64,000 bases of DNA from an uncultured archaeon (GCA_964447525.1 CAYUSU010000001.1:26012-90011), one strand, 5' to 3'; counted from the stretch's first letter, positions 36,047 through 46,268 are shown. Numbers and translations are program-made. The notes: generated from the sequence alone by a model not told the origin.

Positions 36047-36586
36047 ATTCACGAGATCAGATTTCATGGTCGGGGTGGTCAGGGCGTCAAAATGAGTGCA
36101 CACATACTCGGTAGAGGTGCATTTCTTTCAGGCTTCAAAATACAGGATTTCGCCGTGTACGGTGCGGAGAGAAGAGGTGCCCCGCTTTCGTCGTTCTGCA
36201 GGATTTCGAAAGAACCTATAGGTACCCGCGGCTATATATTCAATCCCGATCATGTTGTATCGCTTGACCATAGTATAGGAACGGAAATTATCCTCGCGGG
36301 CGCAAAAAAGGGAGCGACCGTGCTGATAAATTCGGATAAGAAAGTTCCTAAAATGAAAGATTTCAAAATTTATCACATAGACGCCACTTCGATCGCGCTG
36401 GAAATAATAGGCAAGCCAATCCCGAATGTCGCAATACTTGGCGCATTCCTGGAGCTTACTAAAATGTTTCCCCTCAAGAATCTGGAAAGGGCGATCGAGA
36501 TAGAACTTGAAGAGGCAGGTCACGGGGAAATGGCGGATTCGAATATTCGTGCTTGCAGGGTTTGCTACAGGAAAATAAATGGATGA
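36047..36586 (+). CDS. porG: Pyruvate/2-oxoacid:ferredoxin oxidoreductase gamma subunit; probable ATT start
   Basis: (M)HEIRFHGRGGQG upstream of the annotated ATG; YGAERRGAP; IDATSIALEIIGKPIPNVAILGA. Confidence 0.9.
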   Translation: MHEIRFHGRGGQGVKMSAHILGRGAFLSGFKIQDFAVYGAERRGAPLSSFCRISKEPIGTRGYIFNPDHVVSLDHSIGTEIILAGAKKGATVLINSDKKVPKMKDFKIYHIDATSIALEIIGKPIPNVAILGAFLELTKMFPLKNLERAIEIELEEAGHGEMADSNIRACRVCYRKING

Positions 36587-36591
36587 TCATT

Positions 36592-36891
36592 ATGTTAGGA
36601 TTCATTTTCGGATGGGCGGGGAAAATCCGGAAGCTGCGGAAGAAATGGGACAGGCTAAGAGAGAAAGCGCTCAAAAAGAAGGAACCACTAAAATCGACCA
36701 TCCTTGTTAAGATGGACCAGATAGAGAACAATCTGCGCGTCCTCGAAGAGAGAAAATCGATAGCGAGGGTAGAGAGGGCGAGGCTATCCAAGGAAATTGA
36801 AATCGATCTTGAGGGAATCAAAGCGCTGGTGGAAACAAAGGACGAAGATTTCGTCCAGCAGCAGAATGTACAAACCGTCAGAAAACAGTGA
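36592..36891 (+). CDS. Conserved hypothetical helical protein
   Basis: MLGFIFGWAGKIRKLRKKWDRLREKALKK...; lies between porG and porD; exact start uncertain. Confidence 0.65.
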   Translation: MLGFIFGWAGKIRKLRKKWDRLREKALKKKEPLKSTILVKMDQIENNLRVLEERKSIARVERARLSKEIEIDLEGIKALVETKDEDFVQQQNVQTVRKQ

Positions 36892-36895
36892 TCAT

Positions 36896-37186
36896 ATGAA
36901 AGAAGAAAAAAGCCTGAAATATGAAAGGGTAAAAGGTATTCCTCATGTGAGGGAACCGGGAAATTCTGTCAGAAGGAAGACTGGGGAATGGAGGATTTTC
37001 AAGCCGGTTATAGACCACAAGAAGTGCATAAAATGCAAGAACTGCTGGCTGGTATGTCCGGATTCGGCAATAGACTGGAAGGGAAAGCCGGTGATTGATT
37101 ATCAGTTATGCAAGGGGTGCCTTGTCTGCTATAACGAATGCCCGGTCAAGGCAATTTCCAAGACCAATGATAAACACGAAAAATGA
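36896..37186 (+). CDS. porD: Pyruvate:ferredoxin oxidoreductase delta subunit (2x4Fe-4S)
   Basis: PGNS..KTGEWRIFKPVID, CIKCKNCWLVCPD, CKGCLVCYNECP. Confidence 0.92.
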   Translation: MKEEKSLKYERVKGIPHVREPGNSVRRKTGEWRIFKPVIDHKKCIKCKNCWLVCPDSAIDWKGKPVIDYQLCKGCLVCYNECPVKAISKTNDKHEK

Positions 37187-37277
37187 TCAAACTATTTAAA
37201 TCAGTTTCTTATAAATAATTTATGCCAAACGAAACAAATTCCAGCTCATTCTTAACATATCGGAGGTTGTTACCCTT

Positions 37278-38987
37278 ATGAAAAAAGAGATAATGGAAGA
37301 GTTGTCAACAAAGACAGATGATCACGAGTTCTATTTTTCTGCACCGAAAGGATACACTCCGGGTAAAACAAAATATGTTATAATAACCGGATCCGTCATT
37401 TCCGGTGTTGGGAAGGGGACTTTCTCATCATGCATAGGGAACATACTGAGTCTTTTTCATGGCTATAAAGTATCTCCGATAAAGTTCGATGGTTATCTCA
37501 ACTGTGATGCTGGAACCCTTAATCCTTTCAGGCATGGTGAGGTTTTCGTTCTGGATGACGGTACGGAATGTGATCTTGATCTAGGGTCTTATGAGAGGAT
37601 GATAAACGAGAATCTTTCCAAGGACAATTACCTCACATCCGGAAAGATATTCAAGATGATAATAGACAAGGAGAGGGAAGGTGGTTATCTGGGTAGGGAT
37701 GTCCAGTTTATACCTCATGTCACCGGAGAGATTAAGGGGTTTCTGAGAAGTCTCGCGGTGAAAAGCGAAGCTGACATAGTTCTTGTCGAGGTTGGAGGGA
37801 CTGTGGGTGATCTGGAAAATTCATATTTCATAGAAGCAATGAGAGAGCTTTCTTACGAGGAAGGGAGAGAGAACGTTTTTTTCATAAACGTTACATACAT
37901 ACTTGAACCTCGTTCCTTAGGGGAGCACAAGAGCAAAGCAGCCCAGCTTGGTATAAAGAACTTGATGAGTCTCGGTGTACAACCAAACATGGTTATATGC
38001 AGGAGCGAAAAACCGGTTAATCAGAAAGTGCGGGAAAAAATAAGTATATATTCAAACGTCCCGGTTTCCCGTGTGGTCAATTGCTATGATGTGGAGAACA
38101 TATACAAGATCCCGGTTTTCCTCATGGATAACGGTGTAGATAAAGAGATAATAAGATGTCTTGGAATGAAAAATAATTCTGACATAAACCGCGACAATTT
38201 CGGAAAGTGGAGTCAGCTCATTAAAAAGATAGAAATGAAAGACAAGGAAATCACCGTTGGTATGATTGGTAAATATACGAACGTTCATGATTCTTATCTT
38301 AGCATACTGAATGCCTTGGAACATACCAGTCCTTATGTTGGAGCGAAGGTTAACGTCAAATGGATAGAGACGACTGAGATAGAAAAAGGAAAAAAGAAGA
38401 TGGAAGACGCAATGAAAGGACTGGACGGTATCATAATTCCAGGGGGTTTCGGAAAGAGAGGAATCGAAGGAAAGATAATGTTCGCTAAATATGCGAGAGA
38501 GAACAATATTCCGTATCTCGGTTTGTGTCTGGGATTCCAGATCGCGCTTCTGGATTTCGCGAGAAACGTCTGCGGTATAACGGACGCCAACTCGACGGAA
38601 ATGGACCCGAACACAAAATCTCCGGTCGTAGACATACTCCCTGAACAGAAAAAAATAGAGGGTCTCGGAGGGAACATGAGGCTCGGCGGAAAGGATGTTG
38701 AGGTAAAGAAGGGAACCCTTGCTCATAAACTTTACGGCAAGGATATAGTAAGAAAAAGATTCCGTCACCGATTCGAATGTAACCCAAAATATATAGAAAC
38801 ATTCGAAAAGAACGGTCTAGTTTTCTCCGGTAAACACCCGAAATATCCTATAATGCAAATACTGGAGATCCCGAAACATCCGTTCTTCGTCGCAACTCAA
38901 TACCATGCGGAATTCACATCAAAGCCGCTTGAACCAGAACCACTGTTCCTTGGATTCCTGGAAGCATGTGTGAAAGAAAAGAAATAA
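37278..38987 (+). CDS. pyrG: CTP synthase
   Basis: SVISGVGKG, DAGTLNPFRHGEVFV, VQFIPHVT, PGGFG, GLCLGFQ, RHRFE, QYHAEF; SD GGAGGT. Confidence 0.97.
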   Translation: MKKEIMEELSTKTDDHEFYFSAPKGYTPGKTKYVIITGSVISGVGKGTFSSCIGNILSLFHGYKVSPIKFDGYLNCDAGTLNPFRHGEVFVLDDGTECDLDLGSYERMINENLSKDNYLTSGKIFKMIIDKEREGGYLGRDVQFIPHVTGEIKGFLRSLAVKSEADIVLVEVGGTVGDLENSYFIEAMRELSYEEGRENVFFINVTYILEPRSLGEHKSKAAQLGIKNLMSLGVQPNMVICRSEKPVNQKVREKISIYSNVPVSRVVNCYDVENIYKIPVFLMDNGVDKEIIRCLGMKNNSDINRDNFGKWSQLIKKIEMKDKEITVGMIGKYTNVHDSYLSILNALEHTSPYVGAKVNVKWIETTEIEKGKKKMEDAMKGLDGIIIPGGFGKRGIEGKIMFAKYARENNIPYLGLCLGFQIALLDFARNVCGITDANSTEMDPNTKSPVVDILPEQKKIEGLGGNMRLGGKDVEVKKGTLAHKLYGKDIVRKRFRHRFECNPKYIETFEKNGLVFSGKHPKYPIMQILEIPKHPFFVATQYHAEFTSKPLEPEPLFLGFLEACVKEKK

Positions 38988-38994
38988 TTTTTAT

Positions 38995-41592
38995 TTATTT
39001 TTTTGTCGCAAATCCGTAAAATACCATCACTGAGAATACCATGATCAATGCGATTCCCAGCATGTTAATCCCCGGGAATTCTGACGGAAGGGAAACGTCT
39101 ATGTTTATAATGTGGGTATCTTCCGGTACGGGTGGATTTTCTCCCGTGAGCCGTAGTCGATAAGGTTCTCCTTGGTTTATGTTCGCTCCCGCTATTTCCA
39201 CACTAATTGTCCTTTCTTCCTGACGGTTAAAAGTGGAGGTCCATTCTTGACCATAACCCAGCGTCTGGCCGTCAACGAGGAATTTGGCATATTGACCGAA
39301 CCCTCCTCCAAGCGAAACCGTTATCTGGGAATCCTGATTCAGTATGTTTCTTACCTTGACCGGAATGACGTAATGCGTTCCTATGGGAAGGTAAAGGTCA
39401 CCTGACTGGAATTCAGCGATAGGATGCTCGTAAAAGTATACGGTCCAGTATGCGTTAGGAGCCCCGGGCGGGCTGTATTCAAAGTTGTTCGGATCAGTCG
39501 ATTCAACGGAGTGTACCCAGAAATTCAGTTCCTTGTCTTGGCCTTGCGGATCTAATGTTATGTTGCAATACTGGCCAATTGTCAGGGAAGGAGGACATAC
39601 TCGTTGTTGCCATACCAGCCCCTGATTAGGACCTGTCAATGAATAATTAATAACAATATTAATTCCATATGGGTGTTTGCTTCTTACACTCAGATTTACA
39701 GGAGAATTTGCGGAAGTCACCCCCCCGCTTATCGGCACCTCTCCGTATTCGGTGAACACGCGCACGTCCGCGTATTTGGGGAAGAACACGGTCGTGCTCA
39801 CGTCTTCCAGATTACCCTTGTTTTCCTCGTTCCCTAACATGTCTCTGGATATCGTGCGGAAATAGAATGTATACATATCAACATCCTCCGGATTGGTCAT
39901 TCCCGCTAGGACAACAAGGTTTATATCATCATGCGATGTCGCTGAAGTGCATGTTCCAAGATCAGTCCACCCAACTACCTGCACGTCTTCTTCGTCAGTC
40001 ACCATGTACTGCAGGGTGTAGCAATCCACACCTATACCATCCGTTCCGTCATCGAGTTTCTGGTCATCCCCTTCCCACGCTAGATTATCAATCATCGTCT
40101 CCTCATAAAGATATTCTCTAAGTGGTGTTGTAATTGACGAAATTGGAGGAAGATCATCCACGACCACCCAGTCGCTTGCGTTCCTCGAAATGTCTTCTAC
40201 GGATACGTTGAAATGGACCGTGTGGTTGCCGTTTTGGACCGGAAGATTCCAGTCCGGTCTGGACCCTGTTAAGCATGGTTCCGAAGCCCACGCATCGCTA
40301 TCATTTTTCAGATAACATGTTTCGGTGAAGTCTGCTATATTGGTATATACAAGGTCAAGATTTACCGTGTAATCTTTAACATAATTAGGTAGTGTGTCCT
40401 GTATGTCAATGGTCGTTAAAAGCGTGGTCAGTGTGATGGTCCTGTTTGACGTGTTCACCTTCGTGTTCACATCGTCTTCCACGAAAACCGTGTAATTGTA
40501 GACAGCGAAAGGATTATTTGCGAGACCCGTAATTTCAGTGAAATAAAAGTTGTTATTCACGTCTATATTCCCGCCAAAAGAGAGCGTATGTCTCTTCTCG
40601 TCCGTTCCGTTCTGAAGGATTGCGTATACATCCTGTATAGCGAAAGATTTGTTGTAGACAGTCACGTTTATGAATAAACTGTTACCCATTGCAATCTGAT
40701 TGTTCGGAGGGGTGGGGTCTTCAAATGTCACGAGAAGGTCGGATACGATGGTGACCGATATTTCTCCGGTTTTCTTCTCCTGGCTTATGGTGTTATTTGC
40801 ATAAACCGTGAATGAATATGTACCACCCACCACCATTGAAGGCATTCCGGCTGCCGGGACGGTTATATGATAATAATAGGCATTCCCAATGTTGATACCG
40901 GGAGTAATGCTCTTGTTTATTTCTATCGGGTTTAGCGGGTCGCTTTTATCGATCCACCTGACCCATACCTTGTCAATCGGATGGGTGTCATTCACAACGC
41001 TTACGTTTATCACGAAGGCACTGGTTTCAATGTCCCCCCCGGGAGGGGTGGGGTCTTTAAAAGTAACGGTTCCGAATCCTATGGATTCGATCTTGCAACA
41101 TACCTTTGTATCGAAGGCTTCGCAGTTTCCCGCGTGTGCGTTTGTTGGTCCGCTTATCGAAGCCAGACAGGCGTCCCATCCATCGCAGTCATCCTCCTGA
41201 TAATCGCAGGATATATCACCATTACTTACGCTTATGTTAGCACCGACAGAATATCCAACCTCCGGTCCGTTTGTTTTTTCCACATGAGCATTTGTTTGAC
41301 CGGAAAGTTCAAGGAAGGTTACGTAATCATCAGCGTTGGTATTTCCCAGACTGTATGTATTGGAACCGCAGCAGAGCAAATTCGGATAATGCGGAGGATC
41401 AACTGAAGGGAGCTCTGCATGGCCTCCAGTATCCCGGGAAATTCTGAGCAGAATAACTTCCCCTTCCCCAGAACAGGTATCTTTAACCTCACATGTAAGG
41501 TCCGCCAAAACACCTGAAGAAACAGCTATGCTGGTGACCATGAAGGAAATAATCAAAATTATCATTGCCACTCTTGGGATATTGATATCCAT
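38995..41592 (-). CDS. Secreted, C-terminally anchored Ig-repeat surface protein with Cys-rich N-terminal domain
   Basis: Signal peptide; Cys-rich region with repeated TNAH/TGGH motif; repeated VTFxDPTPP modules; EFPG + TM + KK tail. Confidence 0.8.
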   Translation of the reverse strand: MDINIPRVAMIILIISFMVTSIAVSSGVLADLTCEVKDTCSGEGEVILLRISRDTGGHAELPSVDPPHYPNLLCCGSNTYSLGNTNADDYVTFLELSGQTNAHVEKTNGPEVGYSVGANISVSNGDISCDYQEDDCDGWDACLASISGPTNAHAGNCEAFDTKVCCKIESIGFGTVTFKDPTPPGGDIETSAFVINVSVVNDTHPIDKVWVRWIDKSDPLNPIEINKSITPGINIGNAYYYHITVPAAGMPSMVVGGTYSFTVYANNTISQEKKTGEISVTIVSDLLVTFEDPTPPNNQIAMGNSLFINVTVYNKSFAIQDVYAILQNGTDEKRHTLSFGGNIDVNNNFYFTEITGLANNPFAVYNYTVFVEDDVNTKVNTSNRTITLTTLLTTIDIQDTLPNYVKDYTVNLDLVYTNIADFTETCYLKNDSDAWASEPCLTGSRPDWNLPVQNGNHTVHFNVSVEDISRNASDWVVVDDLPPISSITTPLREYLYEETMIDNLAWEGDDQKLDDGTDGIGVDCYTLQYMVTDEEDVQVVGWTDLGTCTSATSHDDINLVVLAGMTNPEDVDMYTFYFRTISRDMLGNEENKGNLEDVSTTVFFPKYADVRVFTEYGEVPISGGVTSANSPVNLSVRSKHPYGINIVINYSLTGPNQGLVWQQRVCPPSLTIGQYCNITLDPQGQDKELNFWVHSVESTDPNNFEYSPPGAPNAYWTVYFYEHPIAEFQSGDLYLPIGTHYVIPVKVRNILNQDSQITVSLGGGFGQYAKFLVDGQTLGYGQEWTSTFNRQEERTISVEIAGANINQGEPYRLRLTGENPPVPEDTHIINIDVSLPSEFPGINMLGIALIMVFSVMVFYGFATKK

Positions 41593-41674
41593 GTATAATT
41601 TTTACATTAATCTCACTTATATAGATTCATAAAATAACCGAAATTATATTAGGAAGCTTTCATAATCAATAAAT

Positions 41675-42190
41675 ATGGATAAGAAATCAAAGAACCTCAT
41701 GTTCGTGATTGTCGCCTTCGTCATAATAATTTTTATCGTTGCATTTTCTGTCGCCCAGTTCGGTTTAAACGGCATCACTCCCACCGGACAGTACACTGAT
41801 GGGAGCGATATTAACACGTTTGATGCTGCGGTATCAGGGAATGATATATCCCTTTGCGAAAGAATAAAGGACACGTCCATGAAACAGGCATGCACTGATA
41901 TTCTCAGCGTATCCGGGGAGCCCCCGACCGATGAACAGATTAACGATCAGAAATACTTTGATGACGCGATAACGAACAACGACATCTCCGGATGTGATAA
42001 AATAATTGATTCTTCCCTGAAACAGTCATGTAAAGACATGCTTTCGGTGCATGCGGAAGAACCCACGGAGGAGCAGAGGATGGACATACAGTATTTTGAC
42101 CAAGCCATTTCGCAGTCAGATTCTTCGTTCTGCGTTAAGATTACGGACGCCTCCCTGAAACAGGCATGCAATGATCTGCTTGGCGGATAG
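41675..42190 (+). CDS. Membrane-anchored protein with three Cys-pair helical repeats
   Basis: 3x D..FD.AI...D.S.C.KI.D.S(L/M)KQ.C.D.L after an N-terminal TM. Confidence 0.8.
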   Translation: MDKKSKNLMFVIVAFVIIIFIVAFSVAQFGLNGITPTGQYTDGSDINTFDAAVSGNDISLCERIKDTSMKQACTDILSVSGEPPTDEQINDQKYFDDAITNNDISGCDKIIDSSLKQSCKDMLSVHAEEPTEEQRMDIQYFDQAISQSDSSFCVKITDASLKQACNDLLGG

Positions 42191-42312
42191 ATTTTATATT
42201 ATTTTCTTATCTGGTCAGTTTTTTCCTTCTGAAATGTTATTATATGAGATAGCACATAATTATTAATAATCATCATTAATGATGATCAATTGTGTATATT
42301 TTTTGGGGTTGA

Positions 42313-42540
42313 ATGGGTAAGAAAAATCATAAAACATCGGAGAAGATATTGAAAATTCTGGTCAAACACGGATACGGCCTGACGATAGAGGAAGTATCCA
42401 ATTTTCTGAAAATAAACCGTTCTACAGCGTCCAAATATCTGGCCATTCTGGAGGCAAAGGAGCGAGTTCTTATACGCGAGGTCGGGAAGGCAAAGCTCCA
42501 CTACATAAAAAGCAGGGAGATGGAAAAATGTCTGAAATGA
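42313..42540 (+). CDS. Small winged-HTH transcription regulator
   Basis: GLTIEEVSNFLKINRSTASKYLAILEA...REVGKAKLHY. Confidence 0.8.
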   Translation: MGKKNHKTSEKILKILVKHGYGLTIEEVSNFLKINRSTASKYLAILEAKERVLIREVGKAKLHYIKSREMEKCLK

Positions 42541-45500
42541 AATCCCAGTTCTCTTTCGGCGACAAGACCCAGATAAGTGCAATGTTTGTATTTTTGGTAT
42601 TAACGCTCGTCTTGATTTCATATGTTGTCATAAGTGCGGGCAACATAATCGTTACATTGGTAGCGCCACAGAACGAATCTACGGATGATGATGGTATCAT
42701 TGAATTCATTTCTAACTTGACCGATGATTTTGAGATTGTTAATGCCACTCTCTACACCAACATCTCCGGCTGGGCGGCAGAAGAGACCAGGTGGAACGGG
42801 GAGATACCCTACAACGACACGGGGCTCGTCCTCCTCCTGCATTTAAACAACGAATCGGCCTTCGGGGAGAACGATACCCACGTCTACGACTGGTCAGGGA
42901 ACGGGAACAACGGCACTTTCCAGGGAAACCCTGAATATAACGCTTCAGGCGTCTTCGGGGGCATGCTGGAATTATCGGGATCCGGAGATTATATCATGAT
43001 ACCAAACGGAATGAATACGCTGATGAACAATCTTTACAACTGGACCCTGCAGATGTGGATATATCCGACATCCGATGAAAGAAATCTCCTGGGAACCAGT
43101 GCAGGAGGTGAGTTCTGGATATGGGTCGGTGATAACTATGACATAGGATTCGACCAATACTTTGGAATGGATCCCAGCTACGTTGAAAACGTATCAAGCA
43201 CACCTGACTATGCGGTCCAGCCCGACCAGTGGAATCACCTTATAATAACCAGAAACGTAACGGATTTCAGGATATACAGGGACGGGCAGTTCTTTGCCAA
43301 TCTAACGTCGACCGAAACGAAAAACGGCAACTACGGGACCGACATGCAGATAGGAAGGTATGATTCGTCCAGCAGCAATGACTTTCAGGGATACATGGAC
43401 GAGGTAGCGATCTGGAACCGGACACTATCTTCTTCCGAGATTCAGGATTTATACAGCTATACCAAGACCAGCTTCTACCCCGTCTTCCAGAACAAGACGG
43501 TGAACGAAGGTTCATATGTGTGGAATGTGCTGGCTTTCGATAACGACAGCAGTTCAGATTGGTCAGAATCCAATTATACTTTCACCTACGATTCCTCCGG
43601 TCCGACAATACAACTTCCGTTTTACACCAACGCAACCAAGAAAAACAGTTCGGATTCTCTCACCCTCAACATGTCCGTCTCGGATTCTCTCACCCAGCCG
43701 GACACATGCCTTGTATACGTGGCGGGACAGTCCTCCAACCAGACCCTTTCGTATTCGAACGGCTGGTGCAACGGCTCAATCTCGCTTATGGATTCCAATC
43801 CGGGAAACTCCACCATCTATACTTACGCAAACGATACCCTCAACAACTGGGGACTGAACGATTCGTATGTGGTCTGGATTGCTGGCGCTCCTGTCACACC
43901 TACCCCAGAAATAAACTCCACCGACGGAACCAACCATTCTTCCCAGGACCTGAACTGCTTCGACACGATAACGGATCCTGATAGCGACAACCTTAACGTG
44001 ACGGTTCACTGGCACATGAACGGCGTCTTTAACGTGAGTTACGATTACAACGACAGCTATTCCAGCGGATACGACTTCGTTTCAACCCTCGGATCGGGAA
44101 ATACCTCAGTCGGACAGAGATGGAGCTGTTCTTTGAGATTATTCGACGGCAAAAATTATTCCAACTGGGGTAACTCCAGTAACCTGACCATAATATCAGA
44201 ATCGGATAACTTGATTGTTGTTTCCCTCACCAGCCCGGATGACGATTCCACTGGTACTGACGGAATAATCACCTTCATCTCCAATGTAACCGATGATAAC
44301 GAGGTAATCAATGCTACTTTGTACACAAACATATCAGGTCCATGGACAGCCGAGGAAACCCGTTGGAACGGGGAGATACCCTACAACGATACGGGGCTCG
44401 TCCTCCTCCTGCATTTAAACAACGAATCGGACTTCGGGGAGAACGATGGTCTTTTTTACGACTGGAGCGGAAACGGAAACAATGCTACAGGCACTGATAT
44501 GAACTACTCCGCAGGCAAGTTCGGATTTGGGCTTTACGGCGAAGGCGGTGATGACGGTACTAAGGATTTCCCTGTTGTTACCCAGACAGCCAGCCTTAAC
44601 GTGACCAATCTTACGATCATGGTCTGGGTTAAGATGAACTCTCTTAGCAAAGATAATTCATTAGTTGCGAACGACTGGTGGGGTCAGGGTGATGGCTATG
44701 GTTTATATTGGGATGCCGCTGATGAGGATTTTATATGGGACCCCAGAAACGGCACAATGTATTGCGGAGCCCTCTTGAGCGATTCTGTTTCCGTCCAGGA
44801 AGGAACATGGTACCATGTTGCAGTCACCCACAACAGGACCTCTGCCAGGATATACCTCAACGGAACAGAAGTGGGAAGCTACGACGACTATGATTGCATT
44901 ATCGGGTATGACGACTCTGACACATACATTGCAAGCTATAACAACTGGAACAGTTATCTTAACGGCTCAATAGACGAGGTGGCGATATTCAACCGGACGC
45001 TTTCCCAGTCCGAGATCCAGGACATATACAACTACACGAAAACAATTTTCTACCCCGTCTTCCAGAACAAGACGGTGAACGAAGGTTCATATGTGTGGAA
45101 TGTGCTGGCTTTCGATAACGACAGCAGTTCAGATTGGTCAGAATCCAATTATACTTTCACCTACGATTCCTCCGGTCCGACAATACAACTTCCGTTTTAC
45201 ACCAACGCAACCAAGAAAAGCGGCATGGATCCCCTCACACTTAACGTCTCTGTCTCGGATTCCATCACCCAGCCGGACACATGTTTAGTATATGTCTCAG
45301 GACAGTCTTCGAATCAGACTTTATCTTATTCCTCTGGTTGGTGTAATGGTTCGATTTCTCTTACGGATTCCAACCCCGGAAACTCAACCATATATGCCTA
45401 TGCCAATGACTCCGCCAACAACTGGGGACTTAACGATTCGTATGTGGTATGGATTGACAATACAGGGGAGAATTCTTGGCTGGAAGTAGAATTGATTACT

Positions 45501-46259
45501 CCGTTGGAAGGACTTAACGTTCCGCAGAACACGACCTTTACAGTTAATGCTACGGTGTATTGCAGAAACGAAACCTGCGGCAATATCACCGGAACGGTTA
45601 GATATAATGAATCATCGGCAAACCCTGATACTATCATAAGCACTACATCTGGGGACAATCCATTTTACATCATCAGCGAAGATAATCCGCAGAACTGTTC
45701 AACCAACCCTCTGGAGGAGGATGAGTATTGTAACATAACATGGACAGTTAATGCGACTGGAACCATAGGTTCAAACTACGAGATAGGTGTATTGTTCCAA
45801 TCCAACTACACGGGTGTGAGTGTAAATTATACCGGAAACAATACGGTCGAGATAGCTGACTGTTTTATAGACATTAGTCTTTATTGGAGTGCCGTGTCAT
45901 TCGGTTCATTGATCCCAGGTGAAAGAGGAAACGCTTCCGGTAATGATAATGACGAATATAACATTACGATAGAATCCACCACCTCCTGTAACATAGATTT
46001 GTACATTAACGGGACTGATATTGAAAATACGAGCCTCGGATATACCATAGGAGTGGGAAACGTGTCATGGAACAACGTTTCTAATGATTATGCATCTTCA
46101 TACTCTTTGAGCAATTCTTGGAATCCTGTAAAGAAAGTAGTTCCGCCATCCACGAACACGACTACATGGTATTGGCTGGATATGCCATGCTGCATAGCAT
46201 CCGGTTTCTATGAAGGATCGGTAGAAATAATGGGAATAAAGACCGGGGAGAGTCCTTAG
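42528..46259 (+). CDS. Large secreted protein with two LamG (ConA-like) domains in a duplicated ~525-aa module
   Basis: LVLLLHLN..DWSGNGNN...W.H...GxxDEVAIxNRTLS.SEI occurs twice; N-terminal KTQ + hydrophobic signal; many sequons. Confidence 0.88.
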   Translation: MSEMKSQFSFGDKTQISAMFVFLVLTLVLISYVVISAGNIIVTLVAPQNESTDDDGIIEFISNLTDDFEIVNATLYTNISGWAAEETRWNGEIPYNDTGLVLLLHLNNESAFGENDTHVYDWSGNGNNGTFQGNPEYNASGVFGGMLELSGSGDYIMIPNGMNTLMNNLYNWTLQMWIYPTSDERNLLGTSAGGEFWIWVGDNYDIGFDQYFGMDPSYVENVSSTPDYAVQPDQWNHLIITRNVTDFRIYRDGQFFANLTSTETKNGNYGTDMQIGRYDSSSSNDFQGYMDEVAIWNRTLSSSEIQDLYSYTKTSFYPVFQNKTVNEGSYVWNVLAFDNDSSSDWSESNYTFTYDSSGPTIQLPFYTNATKKNSSDSLTLNMSVSDSLTQPDTCLVYVAGQSSNQTLSYSNGWCNGSISLMDSNPGNSTIYTYANDTLNNWGLNDSYVVWIAGAPVTPTPEINSTDGTNHSSQDLNCFDTITDPDSDNLNVTVHWHMNGVFNVSYDYNDSYSSGYDFVSTLGSGNTSVGQRWSCSLRLFDGKNYSNWGNSSNLTIISESDNLIVVSLTSPDDDSTGTDGIITFISNVTDDNEVINATLYTNISGPWTAEETRWNGEIPYNDTGLVLLLHLNNESDFGENDGLFYDWSGNGNNATGTDMNYSAGKFGFGLYGEGGDDGTKDFPVVTQTASLNVTNLTIMVWVKMNSLSKDNSLVANDWWGQGDGYGLYWDAADEDFIWDPRNGTMYCGALLSDSVSVQEGTWYHVAVTHNRTSARIYLNGTEVGSYDDYDCIIGYDDSDTYIASYNNWNSYLNGSIDEVAIFNRTLSQSEIQDIYNYTKTIFYPVFQNKTVNEGSYVWNVLAFDNDSSSDWSESNYTFTYDSSGPTIQLPFYTNATKKSGMDPLTLNVSVSDSITQPDTCLVYVSGQSSNQTLSYSSGWCNGSISLTDSNPGNSTIYAYANDSANNWGLNDSYVVWIDNTGENSWLEVELITPLEGLNVPQNTTFTVNATVYCRNETCGNITGTVRYNESSANPDTIISTTSGDNPFYIISEDNPQNCSTNPLEEDEYCNITWTVNATGTIGSNYEIGVLFQSNYTGVSVNYTGNNTVEIADCFIDISLYWSAVSFGSLIPGERGNASGNDNDEYNITIESTTSCNIDLYINGTDIENTSLGYTIGVGNVSWNNVSNDYASSYSLSNSWNPVKKVVPPSTNTTTWYWLDMPCCIASGFYEGSVEIMGIKTGESP
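42792..42875. repeat. 84-bp near-exact repeat (partner 44364-44447) at the LamG left border
   Basis: 2 mismatches by eye. Confidence 0.8.
43473..43644. repeat. 172-bp exact repeat (partner 45048-45219) at the LamG right border
   Basis: Identical, offset 1575. Confidence 0.85.
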
Positions 46260-46268
46260 GGTGTAAAT

